Below are positions 17,570 to 26,933 of a DNA stretch of 35,513 nt, one piece after another. How positions within the stretch are numbered: position 1 is the first letter of the stretch; every line of letters starts with the position of its first letter. The position numbers and the translations under genes were made by a program. The notes below the pieces were generated by a model. It saw nothing but the letters and a program-made list of their open reading frames with translations. It was not told the DNA's origin and ran no database searches. The DNA comes from Candidatus Halarchaeoplasma halalkaliphilum. Lineage in GTDB: Archaea > Thermoplasmatota > Thermoplasmata > Halarchaeoplasmatales > Halarchaeoplasmataceae. The DNA lies in the NCBI GenBank assembly GCA_007133925.1, contig SLLU01000069.1:1-35513 (forward strand), given 5' to 3'.

Positions 17570-17931
17570 TATTCACGGCCTTCCTTTACGGGCTTTTGGT
17601 GGTATCTGTTCTGTTCAACGGCCTGGGCGTAATCGGCCTACATCGGTTCCCTGATGTTTACACCCGACTGCATGCGGCCACAAAATGCACCACCTTCGGA
17701 ACCATATTCATGACCTTTGCGGTGATGGCTTACAGTGGTTACATGTACTACACGAACCCGGACCAGACAGAATATCTCAACATGTCCCTTCACACCCTGG
17801 CAGCCCTTGTGGCCATATTGATAACCAATCCTACCGGAGCACATGCCATAGCCAGGGCTGCCCACAGAGTGGGCATCAAGCCCAAATTCGCTTCCGTGGA
17901 CCATCTGGCGAAAAAGGAGGGATACCCATGA
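17566..17931 (+). CDS. mbhC: Mbh subunit C (MnhG/MrpG-like)
   Basis: GLHRFPDVYTRLHAATK...TNPTGAHAIARAA. Confidence 0.92.
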   Translation: MIFTAFLYGLLVVSVLFNGLGVIGLHRFPDVYTRLHAATKCTTFGTIFMTFAVMAYSGYMYYTNPDQTEYLNMSLHTLAALVAILITNPTGAHAIARAAHRVGIKPKFASVDHLAKKEGYP

Positions 17932-18179
17932 TCTACTTTGTACTCCAGATACTGGTCCTAGTGGGACTCGTGATGACATCCCTGGCCGTGATACTGTTCA
18001 AAGACCTGATCTCGGCGGCCATATCCCTGGGGGCATCCAGTTTGATACTTTCCCTCCAGTTCTACCTTCTCCGGGCTCCGGACGTTGCCATAGCCGAAGC
18101 CGCAGTTGGTGCAGCCTTGACCACCGCCATCTTTATTTTCGCCATCAAAGCAAGTCAGAGAGAGGAGGGGTATCGATGA
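17928..18179 (+). CDS. mbhD: Mbh subunit D (DUF4040 / MrpA-C-like)
   Basis: LRAPDVAIAEAAVGAAL. Start is the ATG at 17928 (RBS AGGAGG, ATGA overlap), not the track's 17685. Confidence 0.88.
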   Translation: MIYFVLQILVLVGLVMTSLAVILFKDLISAAISLGASSLILSLQFYLLRAPDVAIAEAAVGAALTTAIFIFAIKASQREEGYR

Positions 18180-18475
18180 GGAAATTGGTAGCGTTCCTGG
18201 CCATAATGATCATCTTCGCCTTCCTGGTCATCACAGCAGTGGAACTGAGGGGAGATGATGGGGGTTTCGGGGAGCCCGTGAATACAGAGATGGACGAATA
18301 CTTTTTGGAGAACAGTCAATCTCACAATCAGGTAAACAACATTGTAACCGCCATCCTGTTCGATTACAGGGGGCTGGATACCCTGGGCGAAGCCACTGTG
18401 CTGTTCGCCGCCGTATCCGGGGTTTTGACCGTGCTCAGGAAGATGAAACCGGTGAAAAGGGGTGGTAAAAGATGA
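18176..18475 (+). CDS. mbhE: Mbh subunit E
   Basis: NIVTAILFDYRGLDTLGEATVLF signature. Confidence 0.9.
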   Translation: MRKLVAFLAIMIIFAFLVITAVELRGDDGGFGEPVNTEMDEYFLENSQSHNQVNNIVTAILFDYRGLDTLGEATVLFAAVSGVLTVLRKMKPVKRGGKR

Positions 18476-18939
18476 ACTGGGAGATGTCCAAGATCGTCCG
18501 AACGGTCACCGACATAATGGTAGTTCCCATAATCGTGTATGGTATCTATCTTATCGTACACGGGCATCTCACACCCGGAGGGGGTTTCCAGGGAGGCGCC
18601 GTCATAGCGTCATCCACCGCGCTTCTGATCATCGCATACGGTTCATTCAGGGACCATAAAGCGGACCTGTCCTCCATAGAATCCATAGGCCTTACACTGT
18701 TCATTATTTTGGCACTGTTGGGCTTGTTCTTGGGGGCGACCATGTTCCACAATTACAGCGCGGGAACGGGCGGGCTGTTCGGAGGGACTGTTCCCCAGGG
18801 CATAAACCCGGGATACATAAACACCGGGGGCACGGTGCCCCTGATGAACATCATGGTTGGCCTTGAGGTCGCCGCCGCACTCAGTTTGATCCTCTTGATG
18901 ATGGGAAAAGCCAGTGATTCAGTGGAGGTGGAAGCATGA
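18472..18939 (+). CDS. mbhF: Mbh subunit F (MnhB/MrpB-like)
   Basis: HGHLTPGGGFQGG and NIMVGLEV. Confidence 0.92.
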   Translation: MNWEMSKIVRTVTDIMVVPIIVYGIYLIVHGHLTPGGGFQGGAVIASSTALLIIAYGSFRDHKADLSSIESIGLTLFIILALLGLFLGATMFHNYSAGTGGLFGGTVPQGINPGYINTGGTVPLMNIMVGLEVAAALSLILLMMGKASDSVEVEA

Positions 18940-19289
18940 ACCAGTGGGTGATTGCGCTGCCTTTCATAACGGTGGCCCTGCTAATATCCCTGGGATTGTA
19001 CACCATACTCTTCAAAAGGAACCTAATCAAGATGATCATGGGTCTGGCCATAATACAGAACGGTGTCAATCTCTTTCTGGTTTCCCTTGCCTACCGTGAG
19101 GGTTACGCCGCACCCATATGGACCAGTGCGCCCGGAGAGGATATGGTGCTACCAACATCCCATGCATTGACCCTCACCAGCATCGTGATAGGTTTAGCCA
19201 CCACGGCTCTGATGCTTTCATTCGTGATAATGCTGAAAAAGCACAAAGGGTCCGTTGACTCTTTCAAGAACAGGAGGTGCAGAGAATGA
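18936..19289 (+). CDS. mbhG: Mbh subunit G (MnhC/NuoK-like)
   Basis: RNLIKMIMGL...NLFLV...ALTLTSIVIGLA. Confidence 0.9.
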   Translation: MNQWVIALPFITVALLISLGLYTILFKRNLIKMIMGLAIIQNGVNLFLVSLAYREGYAAPIWTSAPGEDMVLPTSHALTLTSIVIGLATTALMLSFVIMLKKHKGSVDSFKNRRCRE

Positions 19290-20806
19290 GTATGGACCTT
19301 GTATCGGCCTCTCCAGCCTTCGTCCTCGGCATTCCGTTGTTGTTTGCGTTCCTTACACCCCTAGCCAACCGGGTCTCCAAGGACCTGAGGGATGCCATGT
19401 TCGTGATAGGGTTGCTCCTTACCGCCCTGTTCGTGGGGATAATGGCATACGAGGTGTACACCTCCGGTAGCTGGATCTATGTATTCGGTTCCGAGGAGAG
19501 TCGGCCCACCCAGACCGCTTCATACTTCAGGATAATGTTCGCCGCAGATGGCTTCTCCGCCCTGGCATCCATAACCATGGTGATAACCGCTTTGGGAGCG
19601 GGGCTGTATTCCTTCGCATACATGGAAGGTAACACAGGTATGGAAAAGTTCTACACACTTTTTTTCCTCACCCTTGCAGGTGTCATGGGTATGGTACTAA
19701 CAGCGGACCTCTTCAACCTCTTCGTTTGGTTCGAAGTGACATCAATAGCGTCCTGCGGCCTCGTGGCCTTCCAGAACTACAAGGTGAAGAGCGTGGAAGC
19801 CGCCCTTAAATACATGTTCATAAGCGTGCTCGGAGGGTTGTTCTTTTTGGTATCCATAGGTCTGCTCTACGGTGAATACGGTGTACTGAACTTTTTCCTT
19901 CTGGCGGACGCACTCACTGGAGGTATGATAGACAAGGTGGCCCTGTCCATAATCATCGTAGTGTTCGCCATGAAGGCCAGTAGCGTGCCCATGCACATGT
20001 GGGCACCGGATGTTTATGCGGAATCCCCCGGTTCGGTCACACCCTTCATTGCGATCACGTCCCTGGGGTCCCTCTTCGTACTCACACGGATAATATTCAC
20101 CCTGTTCAGGTATTCCTTCGGTGTTGCGGCCGTGGGCCATCTGCTGATCATACTGGGTCTTCTATCCATGTTCGTGGGCATATCCATGGCCCTGAAGCAG
20201 AGTGATGTGAAGAGATTGATAGCGTACCTTTCCGTGTCCCAGATAGGATACATGCTCATGGCCATAGGAGTGGCCTTCGCCACCCTGGATTCTGCGGATT
20301 ATTCCTCTTTCGGAGCCATGGCCCTTGAAGGTGGCTTGTTCCATATGATCAACGACGGAGTTTACAAAGCCCTGCTCTTCCTTTCCGCTGCCTCGGTGGT
20401 CTATGCCACGGGCATAGGGGATCTGAACAAGCTCGGGGGTCTGGCACACAAGATGCCTTACACCACCATGTTCTTCCTCCTGGGTGGATTATCCATAGCC
20501 GGTGTTCCGCCCCTTTCCGGATTCAGCTCGAAATTGCTAATATACCAATCGGTGTACCTCTACCACCCCATACTGGCCATAATAGCACTGGTGGTGAGCA
20601 TAATCACATTCGCACTGATAGGTAAGATATTCTACAGTGCGTTCCTGGGCCCGGATCAGGGTCTAACCAGAGGGGAGGTACCCAGGTCCATGCTGGTGGC
20701 CATGGGGATCCTTACAGTAGTAGTCATATTGTTCAGCCTGTTCCCCAACTACGTTGTGGCGGAGATAGTGGTACCCGCGGTAGAGGGTTTGGGGGTGGTG
20801 GCGTGA
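19286..20806 (+). CDS. mbhH: Mbh subunit H (MnhD/NuoN-like antiporter subunit)
   Basis: DLFNLFVWFEV, AALKY, MKASSVPMHMWAPDVYAESP, DVKRLIAY, GVPPLSGFSSK. Confidence 0.93.
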   Translation: MSMDLVSASPAFVLGIPLLFAFLTPLANRVSKDLRDAMFVIGLLLTALFVGIMAYEVYTSGSWIYVFGSEESRPTQTASYFRIMFAADGFSALASITMVITALGAGLYSFAYMEGNTGMEKFYTLFFLTLAGVMGMVLTADLFNLFVWFEVTSIASCGLVAFQNYKVKSVEAALKYMFISVLGGLFFLVSIGLLYGEYGVLNFFLLADALTGGMIDKVALSIIIVVFAMKASSVPMHMWAPDVYAESPGSVTPFIAITSLGSLFVLTRIIFTLFRYSFGVAAVGHLLIILGLLSMFVGISMALKQSDVKRLIAYLSVSQIGYMLMAIGVAFATLDSADYSSFGAMALEGGLFHMINDGVYKALLFLSAASVVYATGIGDLNKLGGLAHKMPYTTMFFLLGGLSIAGVPPLSGFSSKLLIYQSVYLYHPILAIIALVVSIITFALIGKIFYSAFLGPDQGLTRGEVPRSMLVAMGILTVVVILFSLFPNYVVAEIVVPAVEGLGVVA

Positions 20807-21141
20807 TAGATATACTCTTGAAGGACATGTGGAGTCCCATCGTCTTCATAATAGTATCCTTGCTGACAGCATTGGTTGCCTACATGTTCTACAGGATAGG
20901 CGATGAGGGATACAAGCGTACGAGACACAAGGGAGAACCCTTCATATCGGGTAACATGCCCCCCAAGGACCCAAGGATGATACACGTGGGCGGGGATAAC
21001 GTGTTCTGGGGATTCACCCACGCCCTGAGAAAATATCTTGATCCCCTGGTCAAAGCTCACACGGGGATCATCAACGATTATGTTTACTGGATGGTCATAA
21101 CCATGGCACTGGTGCTGATATACGTCTATTTATTAATATGA
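20803..21141 (+). CDS. mbhI: Mbh subunit I
   Basis: TM helix + PFISGN + HTGIINDYVYW, located between mbhH and mbhJ. GTG start. Confidence 0.8.
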   Translation: MIDILLKDMWSPIVFIIVSLLTALVAYMFYRIGDEGYKRTRHKGEPFISGNMPPKDPRMIHVGGDNVFWGFTHALRKYLDPLVKAHTGIINDYVYWMVITMALVLIYVYLLI

Positions 21142-21152
21142 GGTGAAATGTC

Positions 21153-21596
21153 ATGAAACTCACAAAAACCTTCGATAAAGCGCTCTGGGTCTTCCACGTG
21201 AACAGCGGGTCGTGTAACGGCTGTGACATTGAGATAGTTGCGGCATTGACTCCACGTTACGATGTGGAAAGATTTGGCATAAAACTGGTTGGTTCTCCTA
21301 GACATGCGGATGTGCTGCTCTTCACCGGCCCTGTCACAAGAAAGATGAAGGAACGCGTACTCAGGGTCATCGACCAGACCCCCGAACCAAAGGTGGTGAT
21401 GGTGGTAGGTAACTGCGGCAGTACCACTGGGGTATTCTACGATAGTTACGCCATAGATGGACCCATAGACACCCTTTTGCCCCCAGGGACCCACATAGTT
21501 TACGTAACCGGTTGTCCCGTGCGACCGGAGAATCTCATCAACGGTGTTAAGGAAGCATGGTTATACCTGGAAAAACTACGAGGTGATGATAAATGA
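21153..21596 (+). CDS. mbhJ: Mbh small subunit J (NuoB-like, [4Fe-4S])
   Basis: GSCNGCDIE, SPRHAD, GNCG, GCPVRP. Confidence 0.94.
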   Translation: MKLTKTFDKALWVFHVNSGSCNGCDIEIVAALTPRYDVERFGIKLVGSPRHADVLLFTGPVTRKMKERVLRVIDQTPEPKVVMVVGNCGSTTGVFYDSYAIDGPIDTLLPPGTHIVYVTGCPVRPENLINGVKEAWLYLEKLRGDDK

Positions 21597-22186
21597 AGAG
21601 TATAAAGCTCCCCATGAGCATGGACCAGCTGGAGGCCTATTTCAAAAAACATCTGGGCCAAGGAATACACGATCTAAGGAGGGAGGAGATCAAGAAAGGT
21701 ATCAAGCGGAAGCCCATGAAGCTTATATGGTTCACCGTGGACAGAAAATACTTTCGGAAAGCGGTCATGCTGGTATCCCAAATACACATACCCCATCTGT
21801 CGGTCACCTCCGGTTCGGACAGGGGCGATTTCGTGGAGTTGATTTATCACTTCGCTGTGAATTACGGACATCCGGGAGATGAGGTGAGCGTGAACATAAA
21901 GGTCCACCTGCCCAAGGATGACCTGACCATCCCCACCATCACGGACATGGTCCCCGGGGCCATAACCACTGAAAGGGAGAAGCAAGAATTTTTGGGGATA
22001 ACGGTCAAGGGTATCCCGGATTCCAGACGACTATGGCTGGATGAGAATTTCCCCAGGGACAGATACCCGTGGAGGTGGGATGAAACGGGCATGGAAAGTA
22101 TGTCAAGGTACGTTCACGACGAGAGCGAGGCCTCCAACCCGCCCACTGCCAAGAACCCCAGGAGAGGAGGTGACAAGGATGAGTGA
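21593..22186 (+). CDS. mbhK: Mbh subunit K (NuoC-like)
   Basis: ELIYHF...IPTITDMVPGA...EREKQEFLGI...GIPDSRRLWL...YPWR. Confidence 0.9.
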   Translation: MKSIKLPMSMDQLEAYFKKHLGQGIHDLRREEIKKGIKRKPMKLIWFTVDRKYFRKAVMLVSQIHIPHLSVTSGSDRGDFVELIYHFAVNYGHPGDEVSVNIKVHLPKDDLTIPTITDMVPGAITTEREKQEFLGITVKGIPDSRRLWLDENFPRDRYPWRWDETGMESMSRYVHDESEASNPPTAKNPRRGGDKDE

Positions 22187-23417
22187 CAAGAACACCTATC
22201 AAGTCCCCATAGGACCAATACATCCAGCCTTCAAGGAGCCGTTCATGGTCAATTTCGTCCTGGATGGAGAAACCATAGTAGATGCCGAGGCGCACCCCGG
22301 GATGAACCACAGGGGCGTAGAGTTCATGGGGATGCACAGGAACCCACTGAAAGTGATCCCCCTGGCAGAGCGCATATGCGGTATATGCTCCATCGTTCAC
22401 CAGCACATGTTCACTACCGCAACAGAACATGCCGCAGGCATAGAGCCCACCGAACGTGCCAGATACATAAGAACCATACTTGCAGAATTGGAAAGGATCC
22501 ATTCCCACGTACTTTGGGCCGGGGTGGCCGCCCATGAGATAGGTTTCGACACACACCTCCACTTCACATGGAAGGTGAGGGAAAGGGTCATGGACCTTCT
22601 AGAATACATCACTGGCAACAGGGTCAACTATGCCATGTGGACCATAGGGGGCGTAAACCGTGATATCACAAAGAAAATGTATCCCAAGATAGAAGACACA
22701 CTACTTTACTACGAGTCACTCTACGGAAAATTAGAGGACATATTCCTGGGTGACACGAGCATACGACTTAGGACCAGGAACGTGGGCATACTCACGGAAG
22801 AAGATGCCCTACGCTTGTGCGGAGTGGGACCCACGGTCAGGGCCTCAGGGGTGAGAAAGGATGTCAGGATAGACCAGCCCTATGCAGCCTACGGTGATCT
22901 GGATCTGGATTATGTGATCCCTTCCTCCTTCGGTTACGAGAACACCGGAGATGTGTTCTCCAAGACCCTAGTACGGTTGAAGGAGATACCCCAATCCATA
23001 GACCTCATCAGACAGTGCGTTGACGGGATGCCGGATGGGGACATAGACAGTGAACCGAGGAAAGCGGTCCTGATCAATAAGCTTAAAAAGGCGGACGGCG
23101 AGGGGATCGGTCGTATAGAGGCACCCAGGGGAGAGGCATTTCATTACGTGAGATTGGAGGGTGGAATGGAAGAAGTTGCCAACTGGAAGGTGAGGGCGTC
23201 AACATACAACAACCTGACGACCTATCGCCCCATGTTCATGGGTGAGCAGATAGCGGATATCCCCATAATTGCCGCATGCATAGACCCCTGTATAGGTTGC
23301 ATGGATCGTGCCGAGGTGGTGGATGTTAGGTCAGGGGAGAGAAAACATTTCAGTCACGAGGAACTGCACCGGCTCAGCGTTGAGAAGACAAAAATGCTTT
23401 TGGGAGGATTACCATGA
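22179..23417 (+). CDS. mbhL: Mbh catalytic large subunit L, group 4 [NiFe] hydrogenase
   Basis: GPIHPAFKEP, HRGVE, L1 ERICGICS, EAPRGE, L2 DPCIGCMDR followed by a 35-aa extension. ATG 22179 follows GGAGGTGA. Confidence 0.95.
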   Translation: MSDKNTYQVPIGPIHPAFKEPFMVNFVLDGETIVDAEAHPGMNHRGVEFMGMHRNPLKVIPLAERICGICSIVHQHMFTTATEHAAGIEPTERARYIRTILAELERIHSHVLWAGVAAHEIGFDTHLHFTWKVRERVMDLLEYITGNRVNYAMWTIGGVNRDITKKMYPKIEDTLLYYESLYGKLEDIFLGDTSIRLRTRNVGILTEEDALRLCGVGPTVRASGVRKDVRIDQPYAAYGDLDLDYVIPSSFGYENTGDVFSKTLVRLKEIPQSIDLIRQCVDGMPDGDIDSEPRKAVLINKLKKADGEGIGRIEAPRGEAFHYVRLEGGMEEVANWKVRASTYNNLTTYRPMFMGEQIADIPIIAACIDPCIGCMDRAEVVDVRSGERKHFSHEELHRLSVEKTKMLLGGLP

Positions 23418-24412
23418 ATTTTGAGGAATGGACTCTGAGGCTTTTGGTAATACTGGTCTTGCCTTTCATCGGGATATTCCTGGGGCTCGCATACAAGGGC
23501 TTCGACAGGAAGATATCCGCCATGATGCAGTCCCGGATAGGACCACCCCTGAGGCAGCCCTTCAGGGATGTGAAGAAACTGTTCATGAAGGAGAATATAA
23601 TCCCGGACCACGCCGTGGCCTGGGTCTTCCATGGAGCACCTCTGTTCGCCCTTATCGCCCCGCTTGTAGCCCTGGCCTACCTACCCCTGGGACCCTTCGA
23701 ACCGGTAATGGAGGGCTACGGGGATCTCATATTGATACTATACCTACTGGCGATACCTGCCGTGGCCATGGCCATGGGAGGGTTGGCATCCGGTTCACCC
23801 TATGCCACCGTCGGTGCCCAGCGTGAGCTCGTCCTCATGATGAGCTATGAGTTCCCCCTTGCCATCGCGGCGGTGACAATTGCATGGAAATATGAGAGCT
23901 TTTCCCTGGCAGCCATATCCCAAACACCCGTCTGGAGTATGGTGGGTCCCATGGGAGCCTTGGGCCTATTGCTGATCGCCCTGGGCCTATTCGCCGTACT
24001 CCCAGGAGAATTATCAAAGGTGCCCTTTGACCAGGCCGAGGCGGAAACCGAGCTTGGAGGAGGGCTGTTCGTTGAATATTCCGGCAGGAACCTGGGTGTG
24101 TTCTATCTGGCAGAGGCCGTGAAGATGGTGGTTGTGGGGGCCCTGCTGATCGCCCTTCTGTTCCCCCATAACATATCCCAGTGGTACTCCTTCGGGGGAC
24201 CTGAATTGCTGGGAGTTTCGGTGCTCGGTACCGTTGCTGACGTTCTCTTCTTCCTATTCAAACTGCTGATCATAATATACGCGGGAGTGTCCCTGGTAAG
24301 GGTGGCCCTTGCCAGGTTCCAAATAGACAAAGCCAGTTACTTCTACTGGGTACCCATGACACTCCTGGGACTCCTGGGAACGGTACTGGTCGTGATGGAA
24401 GGAGTAATATGA
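23414..24412 (+). CDS. mbhM: Mbh subunit M (NuoH-like)
   Basis: DRKISAMMQSRIGPP...QPFRDVKKLFMKE, PFDQAEAETEL, EYSG. Confidence 0.93.
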   Translation: MNFEEWTLRLLVILVLPFIGIFLGLAYKGFDRKISAMMQSRIGPPLRQPFRDVKKLFMKENIIPDHAVAWVFHGAPLFALIAPLVALAYLPLGPFEPVMEGYGDLILILYLLAIPAVAMAMGGLASGSPYATVGAQRELVLMMSYEFPLAIAAVTIAWKYESFSLAAISQTPVWSMVGPMGALGLLLIALGLFAVLPGELSKVPFDQAEAETELGGGLFVEYSGRNLGVFYLAEAVKMVVVGALLIALLFPHNISQWYSFGGPELLGVSVLGTVADVLFFLFKLLIIIYAGVSLVRVALARFQIDKASYFYWVPMTLLGLLGTVLVVMEGVI

Positions 24413-24422
24413 GGTGATATGA

Positions 24423-24827
24423 ATGCCAACATCTACCGTATTCACACTGATAAGACAACTGGTCACCAAAAAGGCGACCAACAAATTTCCGGTGACATAT
24501 GCTCCGGACAACATGCACGCAGCAGCAGCGGAGATCCAGAAAGGCAGGTTGAAGATCAACCCGCCGGTGGAGCTACCTCCGAACTTCCGGGGAAAGCTGG
24601 CCTATGACGTTGATGCATGCATAGGCTGCAAGATATGTTTGAAGGTCTGTCCGTCGGAGGCGCTGGTCTTTAAACCGGAGGAAAAGAAGATCAAGCATTA
24701 CGTATCACGGTGCACCTTCTGCAGCCAGTGTGTGGACGTTTGCCCCAAGGATTGTTTGAAGATGTCGGACGAGTTCCTCATAGCCGGATTGGATAAGTAC
24801 GGTAAGGATATGGTCCTGAACCCCTGA
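24423..24827 (+). CDS. mbhN: Mbh subunit N (NuoI-like 2[4Fe-4S] ferredoxin)
   Basis: FRGK, CIGCKICLKVCP, CTFCSQCVDVCP. Confidence 0.93.
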   Translation: MPTSTVFTLIRQLVTKKATNKFPVTYAPDNMHAAAAEIQKGRLKINPPVELPPNFRGKLAYDVDACIGCKICLKVCPSEALVFKPEEKKIKHYVSRCTFCSQCVDVCPKDCLKMSDEFLIAGLDKYGKDMVLNP

Positions 24828-25271
24828 TCACAGCCAGGGTATATCCTTCCATCCGTCGGTCATGAGTAATTCCAGCAGTTCCCCCTTTGCCCTTTCCAGC
24901 TCCGGGGTCATGCCCTCCCGTAGAGACATATCCTTGGGTTGAATTCCTATTAGCGTTACGGTTTCCGCCTTCCCGGCCAGGAAATCCATAACCAAAGAAA
25001 GGGGCAGTGCGTGGGTACTCATGGTGAAGACACCCAACCTATCCCTGGGGACCCTGCGTATCTCTCCGGGTTCCAGACCCATGTTCGCCGCATCCACGAT
25101 GACCACTTCTTGGTATATCCCCTCTTCGATGTGGGGGATGAAATTTTCTGGCATGGTGCCGCAGTCCTCAACATCCCACCCGTCCCGTTCAAATCCCCGG
25201 GCCACCTCCTCGCCGATGGCATCATCGCCCCTTATGTCGTTTCCCACGCCCAGGAGGATGTTTTTCTTCAT
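24828..25271 (-). CDS. hycI: Hydrogenase maturation endopeptidase (HycI-like)
   Basis: LLGVGNDIRGDDAIG, GTMPEN, IVDAA, STHALPL, IGIQP. Confidence 0.92.
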   Translation of the reverse strand: MKKNILLGVGNDIRGDDAIGEEVARGFERDGWDVEDCGTMPENFIPHIEEGIYQEVVIVDAANMGLEPGEIRRVPRDRLGVFTMSTHALPLSLVMDFLAGKAETVTLIGIQPKDMSLREGMTPELERAKGELLELLMTDGWKDIPWL

Positions 25272-25354
25272 GTCCCCGGGAGCAATGGGCAGGCATAATA
25301 AACATTTCCCAAAGAGAAAATTATTTGATACCCCTTTACTTAACCTACTTGGAC

Positions 25355-26275
25355 ATGGAGACCTTCAAAGAACGTTGCAAGAAGATAATGGAATTCGCAG
25401 ATCAGGAGGAGTTCGACGAGTATGCGGAACAGAATCTCAACAAAAAATTGTATTCGTGGAAAGAAAATTTCCGGGAACCCATCGCCTCGTTGGACTACTT
25501 CGTTAACGGGAAAGAATACTCGTCCCTGATGGAAGCGCTCTATAAGGAAGAAGTACTCTCAAAGATCAAGATCAACTTTTTGAAACCGTCCCTTAGCGGT
25601 AAGTGGAATTTTTCCAAGCCCACACAAAGCATAATGGAAAGGAGTGGAAAAGCACTGTTGAGGACCCTGGATTTCAAACCGGACTCGTTAAATCCCTGGG
25701 CCAATGCAAGACGTATAAAGGAAGAAAAGGTGATGTTAAGAGCATACATCACAGATTTCTACGTTCCCGTATCCATCCAAACCAAATCAAGATTCCACCA
25801 CGCCCAGGAAATACCAAGACAGTTCGACCCCCATCTGAAAAAGATGGCCGGGCTGTGGCGTGATGTGAGAAGGGGGGTTATACCCTTCGAGATATACGTC
25901 TGCGCTTACACCCCCAAAGACCGCTATATATATGTCATCAATGTCATGGGCGACGCACAGATGCCACATCCCCTGCACAAGATCCCCTATCATCACAAAG
26001 TGGACCGTCCGCCTCTGGAGTACATGATATTCGATACAGTTATAGCCCACGTTGAGTTTCCAGAACTGGTAAAAAAGATGTGGTTGTTCATATTCGAATG
26101 CGGCGAGACCACCGTCCCCGATCTGGCCCACAAATTCAACGTGCCTAACCAGATAGCACAGAACAACCTTAACGCACTGGCCTCCAAGAACCTTATATCT
26201 GTGAGGAAGGACATCTACTACAACGTGAATATGGAAGAGGTTAACAAGCGGGCCAGTAAGCTATCCAATATCTAA
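25355..26275 (+). CDS. Hypothetical protein with probable C-terminal winged helix
   Basis: Long ORF ending TTVPDLAHKFNVPNQIAQNNLNALASKNLI (wHTH-like). ATG 25355 preferred to TTG 25325. Confidence 0.7.
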   Translation: METFKERCKKIMEFADQEEFDEYAEQNLNKKLYSWKENFREPIASLDYFVNGKEYSSLMEALYKEEVLSKIKINFLKPSLSGKWNFSKPTQSIMERSGKALLRTLDFKPDSLNPWANARRIKEEKVMLRAYITDFYVPVSIQTKSRFHHAQEIPRQFDPHLKKMAGLWRDVRRGVIPFEIYVCAYTPKDRYIYVINVMGDAQMPHPLHKIPYHHKVDRPPLEYMIFDTVIAHVEFPELVKKMWLFIFECGETTVPDLAHKFNVPNQIAQNNLNALASKNLISVRKDIYYNVNMEEVNKRASKLSNI

Positions 26276-26760
26276 TTCGCCTTTGCCTGCTTTATAAGGT
26301 CCCCCAGTGTCAATACGGCCCCGTCGTTTGATGAGTGGGTTGGTGCCTCCTGATATTCGTCCATCAATTCTATGTTAAGAGACGATTCCAGTTTTTTTGT
26401 GAGTTCGTCGCTGGGTCGTAAAGAGCCCTTCTCTAGTTTGGCGATCACGGACTTTTTCTCATTCACACTTTGTGCCAGATCATCCTGGGTTTGTCCCATC
26501 TCCAATCTTGCCTCACGTATCCTGTCGCTGTAATCCAGTGCGAGCACTTTGTCGCCCCTGGACATCCCTCTTGTGCTGCTGTAGGCTTCCCTCTTCTTTT
26601 GGATACGTCGTAAGATCTCATCCTGGGATAGAGAATTCTTACCAGATGCTAAAACTTCTTTTCCGTGGCGGGAACAATCCGAACATACCTGGAGTGTCGA
26701 CCCCTCTATAGAAACTGTACTTGGCTTTCCAACTTTTTTTCCACATAGTTCACAATTCAT
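26272..26760 (-). CDS. mbf1: Archaeal multiprotein bridging factor aMBF1 (Zn ribbon + HTH)
   Basis: MNCELCG...VCSDC, IREAR...TQDDLA...EKKSVIAKLEKG, C-terminal TLGD. Confidence 0.92.
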   Translation of the reverse strand: MNCELCGKKVGKPSTVSIEGSTLQVCSDCSRHGKEVLASGKNSLSQDEILRRIQKKREAYSSTRGMSRGDKVLALDYSDRIREARLEMGQTQDDLAQSVNEKKSVIAKLEKGSLRPSDELTKKLESSLNIELMDEYQEAPTHSSNDGAVLTLGDLIKQAKAN

Positions 26761-26933
26761 CTAAAATTCCCCCAATCATGTGATAATGGAAAAGTGGTTT
26801 AGGGGTTATAAACATTTTCTTCCGATTTCAAAAAAAACGTCCGTTTTGCCCCTCATCTTAAAGAAAACTTATATATCCCCGTTTTCATTACCCTTTAGAT
26901 TAAAGGAGTCTTAAAATTATAAAATGTGGTATC

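Noticed and set aside
22179-23417. Mbs/Mbx sulfane reductase or complex I-like enzyme instead of a hydrogenase
   Set aside because: All four Ni-ligating cysteines, the cleavable tail and hycI are present.
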